Below, piece after piece: positions 9,698 to 19,325 of a DNA stretch of 64,000 bases. Each line of letters opens with the position of its first letter. The stretch's first letter is position 1. The notes beneath the pieces are model-generated. The model was not told the origin of the DNA and did no database searches. It saw only the letters and a program-made list of their open reading frames with translations. This stretch comes from Acidobacteriota bacterium (GTDB lineage: Bacteria > Acidobacteriota > Thermoanaerobaculia > Gp7-AA8), in NCBI GenBank assembly GCA_019244185.1, contig JAFATB010000019.1:1-64000 (forward strand), read 5' to 3'. A program made the position numbers and the translations under genes.

Positions 9698-10348
9698 GCC
9701 GACCGTCGTGTGGACGTTGTGCGGCCGCGGGATGGAGAATCCCGGGACATCCGGAAAGTCTTCTCTGTGGAAGGGCGACGCGGTGGCGACGTCGGAAAGA
9801 TTGCCTTCCAGCGCAAAGTGATCGCTGAAGTTCCACGACACGCCGCCGCCGAACATCAGTCCCCAGTTCGAGCGCGTTCCCTCGAACACCGACACGTTGC
9901 CGGCCGCGTTCGTGCGTCCGTTCGCGTGATACATCGCGTACGCCGGGCCGCCCATCAGATGGAAGCGGAACGTCCCGTGCGGATTGATGCGGAAGACGAG
10001 CGGCACGCTGATGGTGGTGACGTCGAGGTTGCCGGCGTCGAGCGCGATGCCGTCGCTGTCGGATTGCTTGATCGCAAGCGGCGCGTGCGTGAACGTTCCT
10101 TCCGCGCGCACGGCCCAGCGGTCGGCGAACGCGTGCTGCAGATCGACGGAGAGTCCGGCGCGGGTCTTCGCCGAGAGCGTCACCTTCGTCGCAGGCGTCG
10201 ACTGGTCGCCGCCGACGAGGCGGATGCGGCGCTCGACGAAGTCGCCGAAGACGAACGGACCGGTGTGGATGCCGAGGCTCCAGTCCTGGGCCGCGGCGGG
10301 GAAGGTGAAGGCGGCGAGGAGCGCGGAAAGCAGCAGGGTTTTCTTCAT
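9680..10348 (-). CDS. Outer membrane beta-barrel protein (OmpW/OmpA-TM-like)
   Basis: Signal peptide MKKTLLLSALLAAFTFPAAA, amphipathic strands, C-terminal VGLRWAF. Confidence 0.85.
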   Translation of the reverse strand: MKKTLLLSALLAAFTFPAAAQDWSLGIHTGPFVFGDFVERRIRLVGGDQSTPATKVTLSAKTRAGLSVDLQHAFADRWAVRAEGTFTHAPLAIKQSDSDGIALDAGNLDVTTISVPLVFRINPHGTFRFHLMGGPAYAMYHANGRTNAAGNVSVFEGTRSNWGLMFGGGVSWNFSDHFALEGNLSDVATASPFHREDFPDVPGFSIPRPHNVHTTVGLRWAF

Positions 10349-10363
10349 GACGGCGGTCAGAAT

Positions 10364-10380
10364 TGCAACCGCGAAGCCAG
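10364..10380 (-). promoter_or_regulatory. Putative sigma54 (-24/-12) promoter of the beta-barrel gene
   Basis: Minus strand CTGGCTTCGCGGTTGCA = GG-N10-GC with TTGCA. Confidence 0.6.
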
Positions 10381-10461
10381 CGATGGCAAAAGTTTCCGGC
10401 GCGGAACGGCGCGCGGCGTCATGCGCCTTTTTTCACAAGCCTCGTCGTATGTCGCTTGAAA

Positions 10462-10779
10462 CCTGAGACTTCGACGGTTCCGGACGACGCCGCAGGGACG
10501 AAGACTGGTTATTCGCAGGCGTTCGGAGCAAGTTGGCCTGCTTCTGGCAGTAAGCCGGAGCACGATGATTTTGGTTTCGACAGAAATTGCGAAACCGCAC
10601 TTGCGCGGGTCCAACCTGATCTGCCTGCGCCAAGTGGCCGCTGCGGGCTCCCTCCTTGACTATTGGACCGATTTTGGACGATTACTCACTTAGCTTCCTT
10701 GAACCCTACCAACCAGCCGCAGCGGTCCAGCCTGATGTACCACAAACGGAGCCGAAAGGCTCCGTTAGTGCTTTCAGGG
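10462..10779 (+). ncRNA. Candidate structured non-coding RNA, family unassigned
   Basis: Lower-GC intergenic stretch with at least five helices (10540-61, 10573-96, 10598-636, 10638-46/10717-25, 10745-66 with GAAA loop); G-U pairs favour the + strand. Confidence 0.45.
10745..10774 (+). terminator. Perfect hairpin AACGGAGCC-GAAA-GGCTCCGTT (terminator or RNA 3' stem)
   Basis: 9-bp perfect stem, GNRA loop, weak T-rich tail. Confidence 0.55.
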
Positions 10780-10824
10780 GCAAACTGCGAACCACCGCGC
10801 TGACGAACCTATAATCCGCCCCCG

Positions 10825-13485
10825 ATGGCTCGCGCGAAAAAACCGTCGTTGTTCATCATCGACGGCTCGAACAACGTCTACCGCTCCTACTACGCCATCC
10901 GCAACCTGACGAACTCGGCCGGCTTCTCCACGAACGCGGTCTACGGCTTCGTCACCACGCTGCGCAAGCTGCTCAAGGATCACGACCCCGACTGCATCGC
11001 CGTCGCGTTCGACGAGGGACAGGAGACCGCGCGCTCGACGCAGTACGAGGACTACAAGAAAGATCGCAAGCCGATGCCCGACGACCTCGTCGTGCAGATG
11101 CCGCTGGTCTACGAAGTGCTCGAAGGCTTCCACATCCCGATCATCCGCTCCTCGGAATGGGAAGCGGATGACTTCATCGGCTCGCTCGCCTGCACCGCGC
11201 GCGACCGCGGCTACGACGTCGTCATCGCCACGAGCGACAAGGACTTTTTCCAGCTCGTCGGCGACGGCATCCGCTTCTACCACACGGGACGCGAGACGCT
11301 CTACGACGCGAAAGGCGTCGAGGAAGCGTTCGGCCTGCCGCCGGAGAAAGTCGTCGACGTGATGGCGATCTGGGGCGACTCGATCGACAACATCCCCGGC
11401 GTCCCCGGCATCGGCGAGAAGGGCGCGAAAGGTCTCATCCAGCAGTTCGGCTCGCTCGAAGACGTCTACGCGCATCTCGACGAAGTCGCGAAGCCGGCAA
11501 TGCGCAAGAAGCTCGAAGAGCATCGCGACAAGGCGTTCCTCTCGCGCGACCTCGCGCGCATCAAATGCGATCTCACGCTCGACATCGACTTCGAGACGCT
11601 GAAACGCCGCGATCCCGATCGCGCGAAGCTGCACGACGTCTTCTCGCGCCTCGAGTTCGCGTCGCTGATGCAGGAGTTCCTGCCTGCCGCCCCCGAGGAG
11701 CCGAAGGAGTACCGGATCGCCACCGCGCCGGAAGAAATTCAGGAACTGGTGAACGGCGCGGATGCGATCGCACTCTGGGTCGAGCCGCGCACGATCGAAG
11801 GCTTCGACGCGCCGATCGCGGCGTCGCTGTCCGTGCGCAATTCCGAGTCGCTGATCGTGCCGCTCACGGAGTCGTTCGGCGGCAACCCGGAGCTCGCCTC
11901 GGCATTCCGCGAAGTCCTCGGCAGCGACCGGCTGTTCATCACCTACGACGCGAAGGCGCAATCGCGCCGCCTGCGCGCCGCCGGCTGGCCCGTGCCCGCG
12001 CGCTGGGCGGACGTCATGCTGATGTCGTACGTCCTCAACCCCGGCCTGCCGAGCCACGCACTCGCGAACATCGCCCGCGACCGCCTCAAGCAGGACGTCG
12101 CCGTGCGCAAGGACGTGCAGAAGACGGCGCCGCTCTTCGCCCTCGATCACGAGCTCGGCTCCAGCCCCCTCTCGCCATACCAGCAGTATCTCGGCGACAA
12201 GTCCGATCTCGCGCTCGCGCTCCACGCGCAACTCGAGCCGGAGCTCCGCCGCGACGACGCGCTCGCCGACATCTACGAGCGCATCGAGATGCCGCTCTTC
12301 CCCGTCCTCGCCTCGCTCGAAGAGCGCGGCATCCGCGTCGACGTCTCGCTTCTCGACAGCATGTCGAAGACGATGGGCGCGACCCTCGCCGAGCTCGAGG
12401 CGCAGATCTACAAAGAGGCCGGCCAGGAGTTCAACATCAACTCGCCGCTGCAGCTCGGCCAGATCCTGTTCGAGAAGCTGCAGTACCCCGTCATCAAGAA
12501 GACCAAGACGACGAAGAGCTATTCGACGAGCGTCGAGGTCCTCGAAGAGCTCGCGAGCCACGGCTTCGTCGTGCCGCAGCTGATCCTGCAGCATCGCGAG
12601 CTGCACAAACTCAAGGGCACGTACATCGACGCGCTGCCGCAGCTCGTCGGCGCCGACGGCCGCGTGCACACGACGTTCAATCAGGCCGTCGCGGCGACGG
12701 GACGCCTCTCGTCATCCGATCCGAATCTGCAGAACATCCCCATCCGCACGCAGACCGGCCGCGAGATCCGCAAGGCCTTCGTCGCCGACGAAGGTTCCGT
12801 GCTGCTCTCCGCCGACTATTCACAGGTGGAACTGCGCATCCTCGCGCACATGTCGCAGGACGAGTCGCTCATCGAGACGTTCCGCCGCGGCGACGACATC
12901 CACCGCGCGACCGCTTCGAAGATGTTCGACATCCCGCCGCAGGACCTCACGGCCGAACAACGCCGCGCGGCGAAGGTGATCAACTTCGGCGTGCTGTACG
13001 GGATGTCGGCGTTCCGCCTGTCGAACGAGCTGTCGATCTCGACGGCCCAGGCGAAGGACTGGATCGACGCATACTTTTCGCGCTACCCGAAAATTCAGGA
13101 GTATCTCGACCGCACGCTCGACGAGGCGCGCAGCAGCGGCAAGGTCACCACGCTGTTCGGCCGCGTGCGCTACATCCCCGAGATTCACAACCGCTCGTTC
13201 ACCGTGCGCGGCAACGCGGAGCGCATGGCGATCAACGCGCCGATCCAGGGCACGGCCGCCGATCTGCTCAAGCTCGCGATGATCGCACTCGAGAAGAAGC
13301 TGAGCGCGAGCGCCGCGCGCATGTTGCTGACGGTGCACGACGAAATCGTGATCGAGGCGCCCGAATCCGCCGCCGACGACGTGGCGGGAATCGTGAAAGA
13401 CACGATGGAAAGCATTTACCCGCTCGCCGTGCCGCTCGCCGTCGACGCGCACTGGGGCAAGAGCTGGTACGACGCCAAAGAGTGA
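10825..13485 (+). CDS. polA: DNA polymerase I
   Basis: 5'-3' exonuclease IIDGS...EADD...GDSIDNIPGVPGIGEKGA; polymerase motifs TGRLSSSDPNLQNIP, ADYSQVELRILAH, AKVINFGVLYG, VHDE. Confidence 0.98.
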   Translation: MARAKKPSLFIIDGSNNVYRSYYAIRNLTNSAGFSTNAVYGFVTTLRKLLKDHDPDCIAVAFDEGQETARSTQYEDYKKDRKPMPDDLVVQMPLVYEVLEGFHIPIIRSSEWEADDFIGSLACTARDRGYDVVIATSDKDFFQLVGDGIRFYHTGRETLYDAKGVEEAFGLPPEKVVDVMAIWGDSIDNIPGVPGIGEKGAKGLIQQFGSLEDVYAHLDEVAKPAMRKKLEEHRDKAFLSRDLARIKCDLTLDIDFETLKRRDPDRAKLHDVFSRLEFASLMQEFLPAAPEEPKEYRIATAPEEIQELVNGADAIALWVEPRTIEGFDAPIAASLSVRNSESLIVPLTESFGGNPELASAFREVLGSDRLFITYDAKAQSRRLRAAGWPVPARWADVMLMSYVLNPGLPSHALANIARDRLKQDVAVRKDVQKTAPLFALDHELGSSPLSPYQQYLGDKSDLALALHAQLEPELRRDDALADIYERIEMPLFPVLASLEERGIRVDVSLLDSMSKTMGATLAELEAQIYKEAGQEFNINSPLQLGQILFEKLQYPVIKKTKTTKSYSTSVEVLEELASHGFVVPQLILQHRELHKLKGTYIDALPQLVGADGRVHTTFNQAVAATGRLSSSDPNLQNIPIRTQTGREIRKAFVADEGSVLLSADYSQVELRILAHMSQDESLIETFRRGDDIHRATASKMFDIPPQDLTAEQRRAAKVINFGVLYGMSAFRLSNELSISTAQAKDWIDAYFSRYPKIQEYLDRTLDEARSSGKVTTLFGRVRYIPEIHNRSFTVRGNAERMAINAPIQGTAADLLKLAMIALEKKLSASAARMLLTVHDEIVIEAPESAADDVAGIVKDTMESIYPLAVPLAVDAHWGKSWYDAKE

Positions 13486-14180
13486 CTCGCCGACGCCTCG
13501 CTTCCGTCCTGTTCCTCGTTTGCGTGACGTGCAAACCGGCGCCGCCGCAACCGGCAACGCCCGCCGCCTCCGGCCCGCAGATCCGCGCCACCGTCGTGAC
13601 GATCCGCACGACGACGCTCCCCGAGAACAAGAGCATCACGCACACGCTCGTCATCGCCGGCGACCACGCCCGCGCGACGAACGAGCACGACACGTGGCGC
13701 CTCTACGACACGAAGGCAAACACGGTCACGTACGTCGATGACATCGCGAAGACGATCCGCACGGAAACGCTCGCGCAAATCGTCAAACGCCGCCACGGCG
13801 CACTCGCGAACGCGCTCCCCGAGCACTACCCGCGCGCCACGCTGACCCACGGCACGAAACGCACGCTGCAAGGCGTCACCGCCGAGCAGTCGATCATCAC
13901 CGCCGCGACGTTCCGCCACGAGCTCTGGCTCGGCGAACATCCCGCCATCCCCCGCGGCCTCTTCGCGCTGATGCACGCGAGCGAACCGCTTTCGTCCCCC
14001 CTCGCCCCAATGATGCGCGACGTCGAGGAGCCGCTCCTCGCCACCCGCGCGTTCCCCCTCGCCGAGCACATCGAGATGACGTTCGGCAACTCGAAGATCG
14101 CCGTCGACCGCGAGGTCGTGTCGATCGCGCAGCAAAACGTGCCGGCATCGCTGGTGACGGTACCGGCGTATCGCCGTTGA
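13482..14180 (+). CDS. Hypothetical exported protein, possible lipoprotein
   Basis: GTGA overlap with the polA stop; RRRLASVLFLVCVTC signal-like N-terminus; beta-rich body. Confidence 0.7.
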   Translation: MTRRRLASVLFLVCVTCKPAPPQPATPAASGPQIRATVVTIRTTTLPENKSITHTLVIAGDHARATNEHDTWRLYDTKANTVTYVDDIAKTIRTETLAQIVKRRHGALANALPEHYPRATLTHGTKRTLQGVTAEQSIITAATFRHELWLGEHPAIPRGLFALMHASEPLSSPLAPMMRDVEEPLLATRAFPLAEHIEMTFGNSKIAVDREVVSIAQQNVPASLVTVPAYRR

Positions 14181-14356
14181 GGGACCGACGAGGAGCGCCT
14201 CCGGCGGGCCGGCGCGGCCGGCGGCGCTAAGGGCTTAGCCAGTACGCACGTGCGGCTGCAGTCAACGACGTTAACCGCGACCGCACGTGCGTCTAGGCTA
14301 GGCCCTTAGCGCTGCCGGCCGCGCCGGCCCGCCGGAGGCGCTCCCGGTCGGTTCCC
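14181..14356. repeat. Long palindromic intergenic element, copy B
   Basis: Same arms as copy A; fills the whole gap between two convergent stop codons. Confidence 0.9.
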
Positions 14357-16234
14357 TCAAAGCACGATTCGCGCATCGCCAGCGCGTTTCGTGACGCCTT
14401 CGCGGTCGAGCCATTCGAGAAGGGGGATCGCGACTTTGCGCGAGATGCCGAAGAAATCCTTGAAGGCGCCGACGTCGAGCGTCGTGCCTTTGCGGGCTGC
14501 GAGTTTTTCGCGGGCGTTGGCGAGCACGTCGCGGTGGAGGTAGACCCCTTCGGCGAGGCGGACGAGCGTACCTTGCTTCACGAGGTACGAGATCACGCCT
14601 TCGATGACTTTCGGCTTCTGCGGAATCGCCTTGATGATCTCGGAGACCGCGGGCGTTTGCAGGCCGGCTTCGGCGAATTTCGCCTCGATGGCGCGGGCCA
14701 GCTCGCCTTCGGCGCCGCCGAGGGTTTTGGAGCGGCCGGGGATGTCGAGCGCGTCGCCCTGGACCGTGGCGATTCGTTGATTGGCGAGATCGGCGAGGAG
14801 GAAATTGATGGGTGCGCCGTGCGGGAGGAGCTTCTGCACGAACTCGCTCTTGGGAACGTTCACCGCCATCTTGTTCGACTTGAAATAGCGGTCCAGGAAC
14901 TCCATCGCGCGGCGGCGAAAATCGGCGATCAGGTCGGCGTGCAGGAAGGTTGCGCCGACGCTCACGACGTTCGGCACGCGCTTCAGTTCCTTCGCGAGCG
15001 TTTGCGTGCGGATGCCGGTGCGTGCCTGCAGCTCGTCCATCGAGACGCCGCGTAAGCCGGCGAGCTTCGCCATCAGTTCGACGCGTTGGACGAGCGAGCC
15101 GTGGGCGAGCGTGTCGAGCAATTCCGCGCGCGTGCCGCGGCTCAGCTTCGGGAGATGCGCGTCGAGGATGGCGCCGCCGCCGATCGTGAACGCGGGCGAG
15201 TAGCGGCGGATCACGAAGCGATCGCCGGCGACGGCCACGATCGGCGCTTCGAGCCGCACTTGTGCGAACGCGGTGGCGCCCGGCGCGAGCTTGCCGTCGG
15301 TGTCGTCGACGAAGCGCAACGTGCCGAGGAGCTCGGCGGACAGGTGGTGGAAGCGGATGCGCGTTTGTTCGGCGAGCGGCTTCGCGTCAGGCAGCAGCTC
15401 GAGCTGCACGGTGATCACCTGCGATGGGCGGAGCGTGTCCGGATGCAGCACCTGCTGACCGCGGCGGAGCTCTTCGAGCGGAATGTCGCTGAGGTTCATC
15501 GACGTCCGCTCGCCCGCGGACGCTTGTTCGCGCGGCTCGCCGTGCACTTGGACGCCGCGCGCGCGGCTGCGGCGCGCGCCGGGGAGCACTTCCACCTCGT
15601 CTTCGATGCGCACGCTGCCCGAGTACGTCGTGCCGGTGATCACGGAGCCGAAGCCTTTCATCGTAAACACGCGATCGATGGGCAGGCGGAAGACGCGCGT
15701 CGTTGCGTCGCGATCGTCGACCTCCGCGACCGATTGCAGCAGCGCGGCGCGCAATGCGTCGAGTCCCGCGCCCGTCGTGCTGCTCGCGGCGACGATCGGC
15801 TTGCCGTCGAGGAAACTGCCGGCGACGAGGTCTTCGATCTCGAGGCGCACGAGGTCGAGGATGTCGGGGTCGACGAGATCGCTCTTCGTGATGGCGACGA
15901 CGCCGGTGCGGATGCCGAGGAGGCGGCAGATCGCGAAATGCTCGCGGGTCTGCGGCATGATCGACTCGTCGGCGGCGACGACGAGGAGCGCGGAGTCGAT
16001 GCCGCCGATGCCCGCGAGCATGTTCTTCACGAAGCGCTCGTGGCCGGGGACGTCGATGAAGCCGATCTGGTAGTCGTCGGTGAACCAGCTCGCGAATCCG
16101 AGGTCGATCGTGATGCCGCGGCGCTTCTCCTCGGGGAGGCGGTCGGTGTCGATGCCGGTGAGCGCGCGGACGAGCGAGGTCTTGCCGTGGTCGATGTGAC
16201 CCGCGGTGCCGACGACGCGTTTCTTGCGAGCCAT
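14357..16234 (-). CDS. selB: Selenocysteine-specific elongation factor
   Basis: [42 protein letters not shown]; C-terminal winged helix [16 protein letters not shown]. Confidence 0.96.
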   Translation of the reverse strand: MARKKRVVGTAGHIDHGKTSLVRALTGIDTDRLPEEKRRGITIDLGFASWFTDDYQIGFIDVPGHERFVKNMLAGIGGIDSALLVVAADESIMPQTREHFAICRLLGIRTGVVAITKSDLVDPDILDLVRLEIEDLVAGSFLDGKPIVAASSTTGAGLDALRAALLQSVAEVDDRDATTRVFRLPIDRVFTMKGFGSVITGTTYSGSVRIEDEVEVLPGARRSRARGVQVHGEPREQASAGERTSMNLSDIPLEELRRGQQVLHPDTLRPSQVITVQLELLPDAKPLAEQTRIRFHHLSAELLGTLRFVDDTDGKLAPGATAFAQVRLEAPIVAVAGDRFVIRRYSPAFTIGGGAILDAHLPKLSRGTRAELLDTLAHGSLVQRVELMAKLAGLRGVSMDELQARTGIRTQTLAKELKRVPNVVSVGATFLHADLIADFRRRAMEFLDRYFKSNKMAVNVPKSEFVQKLLPHGAPINFLLADLANQRIATVQGDALDIPGRSKTLGGAEGELARAIEAKFAEAGLQTPAVSEIIKAIPQKPKVIEGVISYLVKQGTLVRLAEGVYLHRDVLANAREKLAARKGTTLDVGAFKDFFGISRKVAIPLLEWLDREGVTKRAGDARIVL

Positions 16235-16259
16235 GCGGGGCGCATCGTACATTCGCGCG

Positions 16260-16832
16260 ATGATCGAGTTCGAGGGGCGTGTCGATGCGGCGCTGCTGGA
16301 GCGCATCGGAAACACCGCGCCGCGCAACCGCGTCCTCGTCATCCTCGGCGGGATCCTGCTCGCCGCCGGCATCGCCGGATTCGTCCTGCAGCCGCCGCCG
16401 CTCGACTACCGCCGGCACTCGCTGGCGATCTTCGTCGCGCTCATCGGCGGCTACTACTTGACCCGCGGACTCGCGAAGCCGAACGTGCTGCAGACGCCGC
16501 TCGACATGCCGATGAACGGCGCGGCGACCGAAGAGCGGCTCACGCTGCATCGCGCCGACGACACCGAGCACGTGCCGTGGACGTCGTTCTCGCGCGCGCT
16601 GGTGCGCGACGACTACGTGCTGCTCTATCGCTCGCAGTTCTTCATCTACATCTTCGCGAAGACGTTCTTCCGCGATGCCGCGAGCTGGGACGAGTTCCGC
16701 GCGATCGTCGGGCGGCATGTCGCGCCGGAGCGGTTCGAGACGGTGCCGCGCGTCGTGACCGCGCTGCTCGTGTGGGCGGCCATCATCGCCGCGGCCGTCT
16801 TCGCGCGCATCTACTTCACGCGGTCGGGATAG
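16260..16832 (+). CDS. YcxB-like membrane protein
   Basis: Two TM helices, then the PH-like VPWTSF...YVLLY...FIYIFAKTFF pattern and a C-terminal TM. Confidence 0.65.
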   Translation: MIEFEGRVDAALLERIGNTAPRNRVLVILGGILLAAGIAGFVLQPPPLDYRRHSLAIFVALIGGYYLTRGLAKPNVLQTPLDMPMNGAATEERLTLHRADDTEHVPWTSFSRALVRDDYVLLYRSQFFIYIFAKTFFRDAASWDEFRAIVGRHVAPERFETVPRVVTALLVWAAIIAAAVFARIYFTRSG

Positions 16833-17647
16833 ATCTCTTTCAGCTGCGGCGGCAGCTTGTTGTCCTGACCGAGCGAGTCGCGCAGCTCGCCCGCGTTCAC
16901 GATGGCCTGTCCGCGGAAGTGATTGTTCGTGATGACGTACGTATCTTTGTTCTGCGCCATCGACTCGATGCGCGCGACCCACGGCTCGAGTTCTTTTGCG
17001 GAGTAAAGGTAGTTGTAGCGTTCCCACGACTCGTCGTGCGCGAACCACTTCTCGTAGTTGCGGCCGTGGAAACGCGCGTACGCGAGCGGGCCGGTCGTCG
17101 TCTCCGCGGGCTTGACGGAGTTATCGAAGAGCGGCTGATCGACGTTCACCCAGCCGACATTCCGGTCGTCGAGGAAGCGGTAGAACGCGTCGTCCTCGAA
17201 TGACGAATGGCGCACCTCGAGCGCTTTCGGATACGCATCGAATGCGGCGAAGAGCGCCTCGAGCTTCGCGCGCGACTCGGGCGTGTTCTTGAAGCTCCAG
17301 GGGAACTGCAGCAGGATCGCGCCGAGTCGGCCGGCGTCCATGAGGGGATCGAGATAGTTGCGGAAGGCTTTCACGTCGTCGCGCGCGAGGGCCGCGTTTT
17401 CATGCGTGAAGCCGCGGAAGACTTTCGTCGTGAACTTGAAGTCGCGATTCGCGGCGACGCGGCGCACCCAGCTGCGCGCATGATTGGGGGGCGGGATGCG
17501 GTAGAAGGGCGAGTTGATCTCGATGGTGTCGAAGAACGACGAGAGGTACGCGAGGTGGTCGAATCGCGAGCCATGCTTCGGGTAAACCACGCCTTCCCAG
17601 TCGGTGTAGCTCCAGCCTGCGGGACCGATGCGGATGGGATGCGCCAT
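16811..17647 (-). CDS. DUF72 (YecE-like) protein
   Basis: IGPAGWSY, EINSPFYRIP, LLQFPWSF, EVRHSSF, YARFHGRN, YNYLYSAKEL, NNH. Confidence 0.92.
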   Translation of the reverse strand: MAHPIRIGPAGWSYTDWEGVVYPKHGSRFDHLAYLSSFFDTIEINSPFYRIPPPNHARSWVRRVAANRDFKFTTKVFRGFTHENAALARDDVKAFRNYLDPLMDAGRLGAILLQFPWSFKNTPESRAKLEALFAAFDAYPKALEVRHSSFEDDAFYRFLDDRNVGWVNVDQPLFDNSVKPAETTTGPLAYARFHGRNYEKWFAHDESWERYNYLYSAKELEPWVARIESMAQNKDTYVITNNHFRGQAIVNAGELRDSLGQDNKLPPQLKEIYPDRVK

Positions 17648-17890
17648 TAATGGTCAATACCTTGACAGTCTTATTTGGACAAGCGTCGGTTTCGTTGCCT
17701 TCCCTCGGAAATCTATGCTAAAACGCGACCCATCGGACTCAATGGGATCGCCTACATCGGACAGCACACGTTCGTCGGGGGATCGTTTTGTATCCGCGGT
17801 TCGGAAAGGGGTCGATTCACAACGCACTCGCTGTAACGATCGCAACAGACCTTCACACCAGGCAACATTCGTTTAGGAGATCAAGGTTTC

Positions 17891-18211
17891 ATGGATACAT
17901 TCAACGACAAGTCTCTCAACTGCGCCGACTGCGGACAGGAGTTCATCTTCAGCCGGAACGAACAGGCGTTCTACGCGGAGCGCGGATTCACCAACGAGCC
18001 GAAGCGCTGCAAGAACTGCCGCGACAAGCGGAAAACGGCGCGCGACGGCAACGGCGGCGAAGGCCGCTCCCGTCAGATGGTCAGCGTCACGTGCGACAGC
18101 TGCGGGATCCCGACTGAAGTGCCGTTCACGCCCGTCAGCGGAAAGCCGGTGTACTGCCGCGATTGCTACAACCAGCGCCGCTCGTCCAGCCGTCCCTCGA
18201 GCTGGGCGTAA
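17891..18211 (+). CDS. Zinc-ribbon protein with CxxC-x17-CxxC domain
   Basis: CADCGQEFIF...EQAFYAERGFTNEPKRCKNCR and CDSCG...VPFTPVSGKPVYCRDCY; AGGAG RBS. Confidence 0.92.
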   Translation: MDTFNDKSLNCADCGQEFIFSRNEQAFYAERGFTNEPKRCKNCRDKRKTARDGNGGEGRSRQMVSVTCDSCGIPTEVPFTPVSGKPVYCRDCYNQRRSSSRPSSWA

Positions 18212-18250
18212 ACCCCCGAACGAACCAAGACCAAAATCGACCCGAACCGA

Positions 18251-18287
18251 ACGACGGCCGGCGCTCCAGCGCCGGCCGTTGTGTTTT
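18251..18287 (+). terminator. Intrinsic terminator
   Basis: ACGACGGCCGGCGCT-CC-AGCGCCGGCCGTTGT followed by GTTTT. Confidence 0.75.
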
Positions 18288-18345
18288 GATCGCAGGCGTT
18301 ACAGTCGTTGTGTTTGTAGGCGCCGCGAAACTAGAATCGCCCCGC

Positions 18346-19317
18346 TTGCGCCGCCCGACCTCACCCCCTCCCATCGTCGATTCCGTCCTCGATCTCGTCG
18401 GCAACACGCCGATGGTCCGTCTGCGCCGCATCGCCGCGGACGCCGACGCCGAGATCTTCGCGAAGCTCGAGTTCCTCAACCCCGGCCTCTCCGTGAAGGA
18501 TCGCATCGGCGTCGGCATGATCGAGCGCGCGGAACGCGACGGCTTGCTGCAACCCGGCGGCACCATCATCGAGCCGACCGCGGGCAACACCGGTGTCGGC
18601 CTCGCGCTCGCCGGCGTGCAGAAGGGCTATCGCGTCGTCCTCTGCGTCCCCGAAAACTTCTCCGTCGAGAAGCGCGAGATCATGTGGGCCCTCGGCGGCG
18701 AAGTCGTGCTGACGCCCGGCGATCAGGGCATCCGGGGCGCGATCGCCAAAGCGGAAGAACTGGCGCAGGGCATCGACGGCGCGTACATCCCGCAGCAGTT
18801 CCGCAACGCGTACAACAGCGACTCGCACTACGAGACCACCGGTCCCGAGATCTTCGAACAGATGGAAGGCCGCATCGACGCGTTCGTCTGCGGCGCCGGC
18901 ACCGGCGGCACCTTCACCGGCACCGCGCGCTATCTCCGCGAACGCCTGCCCGACTTGTGGTGTTCTCTCGTCGAGCCGCAAGGTTCGGTGCTCGGCGGCG
19001 GACAGGCCGGCCCGCATGATGTCGAAGGCATCGGCGCGTCGTTCTTCCCTCCCGTGCTCGACATGTCGCTCGCGAACGAAGTGATCACGATCTACGACGA
19101 CCCCGCGTACGCGATGGTGGCGCGCCTCTCGCGCGAGGAGGCGATCCTCGGCGGCTCGTCCGCCGGCGCGAACGTCGCCGCCGCGCTCCAGGTCGCGCAA
19201 CGCCTCGGCGCGGGCAAACGCGTCGTCACCATCATCCCCGACCCCGCCGAGCGGTACATGTCGAAGGGGATTTACTCGAAGTGGCGGAAGCCGACTCCGC
19301 CCGATCCAGCCGACTGA
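18346..19317 (+). CDS. mccA: PLP-dependent cysteine synthase family enzyme, MccA-like (O-acetylserine-dependent cystathionine beta-synthase)
   Basis: KLEFLNPGLSVKDR, EPTAGNTG, CVPENFSVEK, GAGTGGTFTGTARYL, VEPQGSVLGGG; paired with a gamma-lyase. TTG start inferred. Confidence 0.8.
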   Translation: MRRPTSPPPIVDSVLDLVGNTPMVRLRRIAADADAEIFAKLEFLNPGLSVKDRIGVGMIERAERDGLLQPGGTIIEPTAGNTGVGLALAGVQKGYRVVLCVPENFSVEKREIMWALGGEVVLTPGDQGIRGAIAKAEELAQGIDGAYIPQQFRNAYNSDSHYETTGPEIFEQMEGRIDAFVCGAGTGGTFTGTARYLRERLPDLWCSLVEPQGSVLGGGQAGPHDVEGIGASFFPPVLDMSLANEVITIYDDPAYAMVARLSREEAILGGSSAGANVAAALQVAQRLGAGKRVVTIIPDPAERYMSKGIYSKWRKPTPPDPAD

Positions 19318-19325
19318 GGTTTCCG

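Noticed and set aside
10566-10596. tmRNA (TGATTTTGGTTTCGACAGAAATTGCGAAACC resembles the 5' part of tmRNA)
   Set aside because: No GGGG acceptor start, T-arm, CCA end or tag reading frame was found in either standard or permuted order; kept only as an unassigned ncRNA candidate.
10433-10633. 66-aa minus-strand ORF downstream of AAGGAGGGAG
   Set aside because: The SD-like sequence is about 14 nt from the TTG, codon usage is atypical, and the region is better explained by RNA structure.
11565-13481. 5' part of the 871-aa ORF overlapping polA
   Set aside because: Arg/Ala-rich off-frame read of polA; only the portion from GTG 13482 looks like a real protein.
14357-16234. Selenoprotein genes or tRNA-Sec near selB
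   Set aside because: No selA, selD or selC, and no gene visibly interrupted by an in-frame TGA at a Cys position; checked by eye only.
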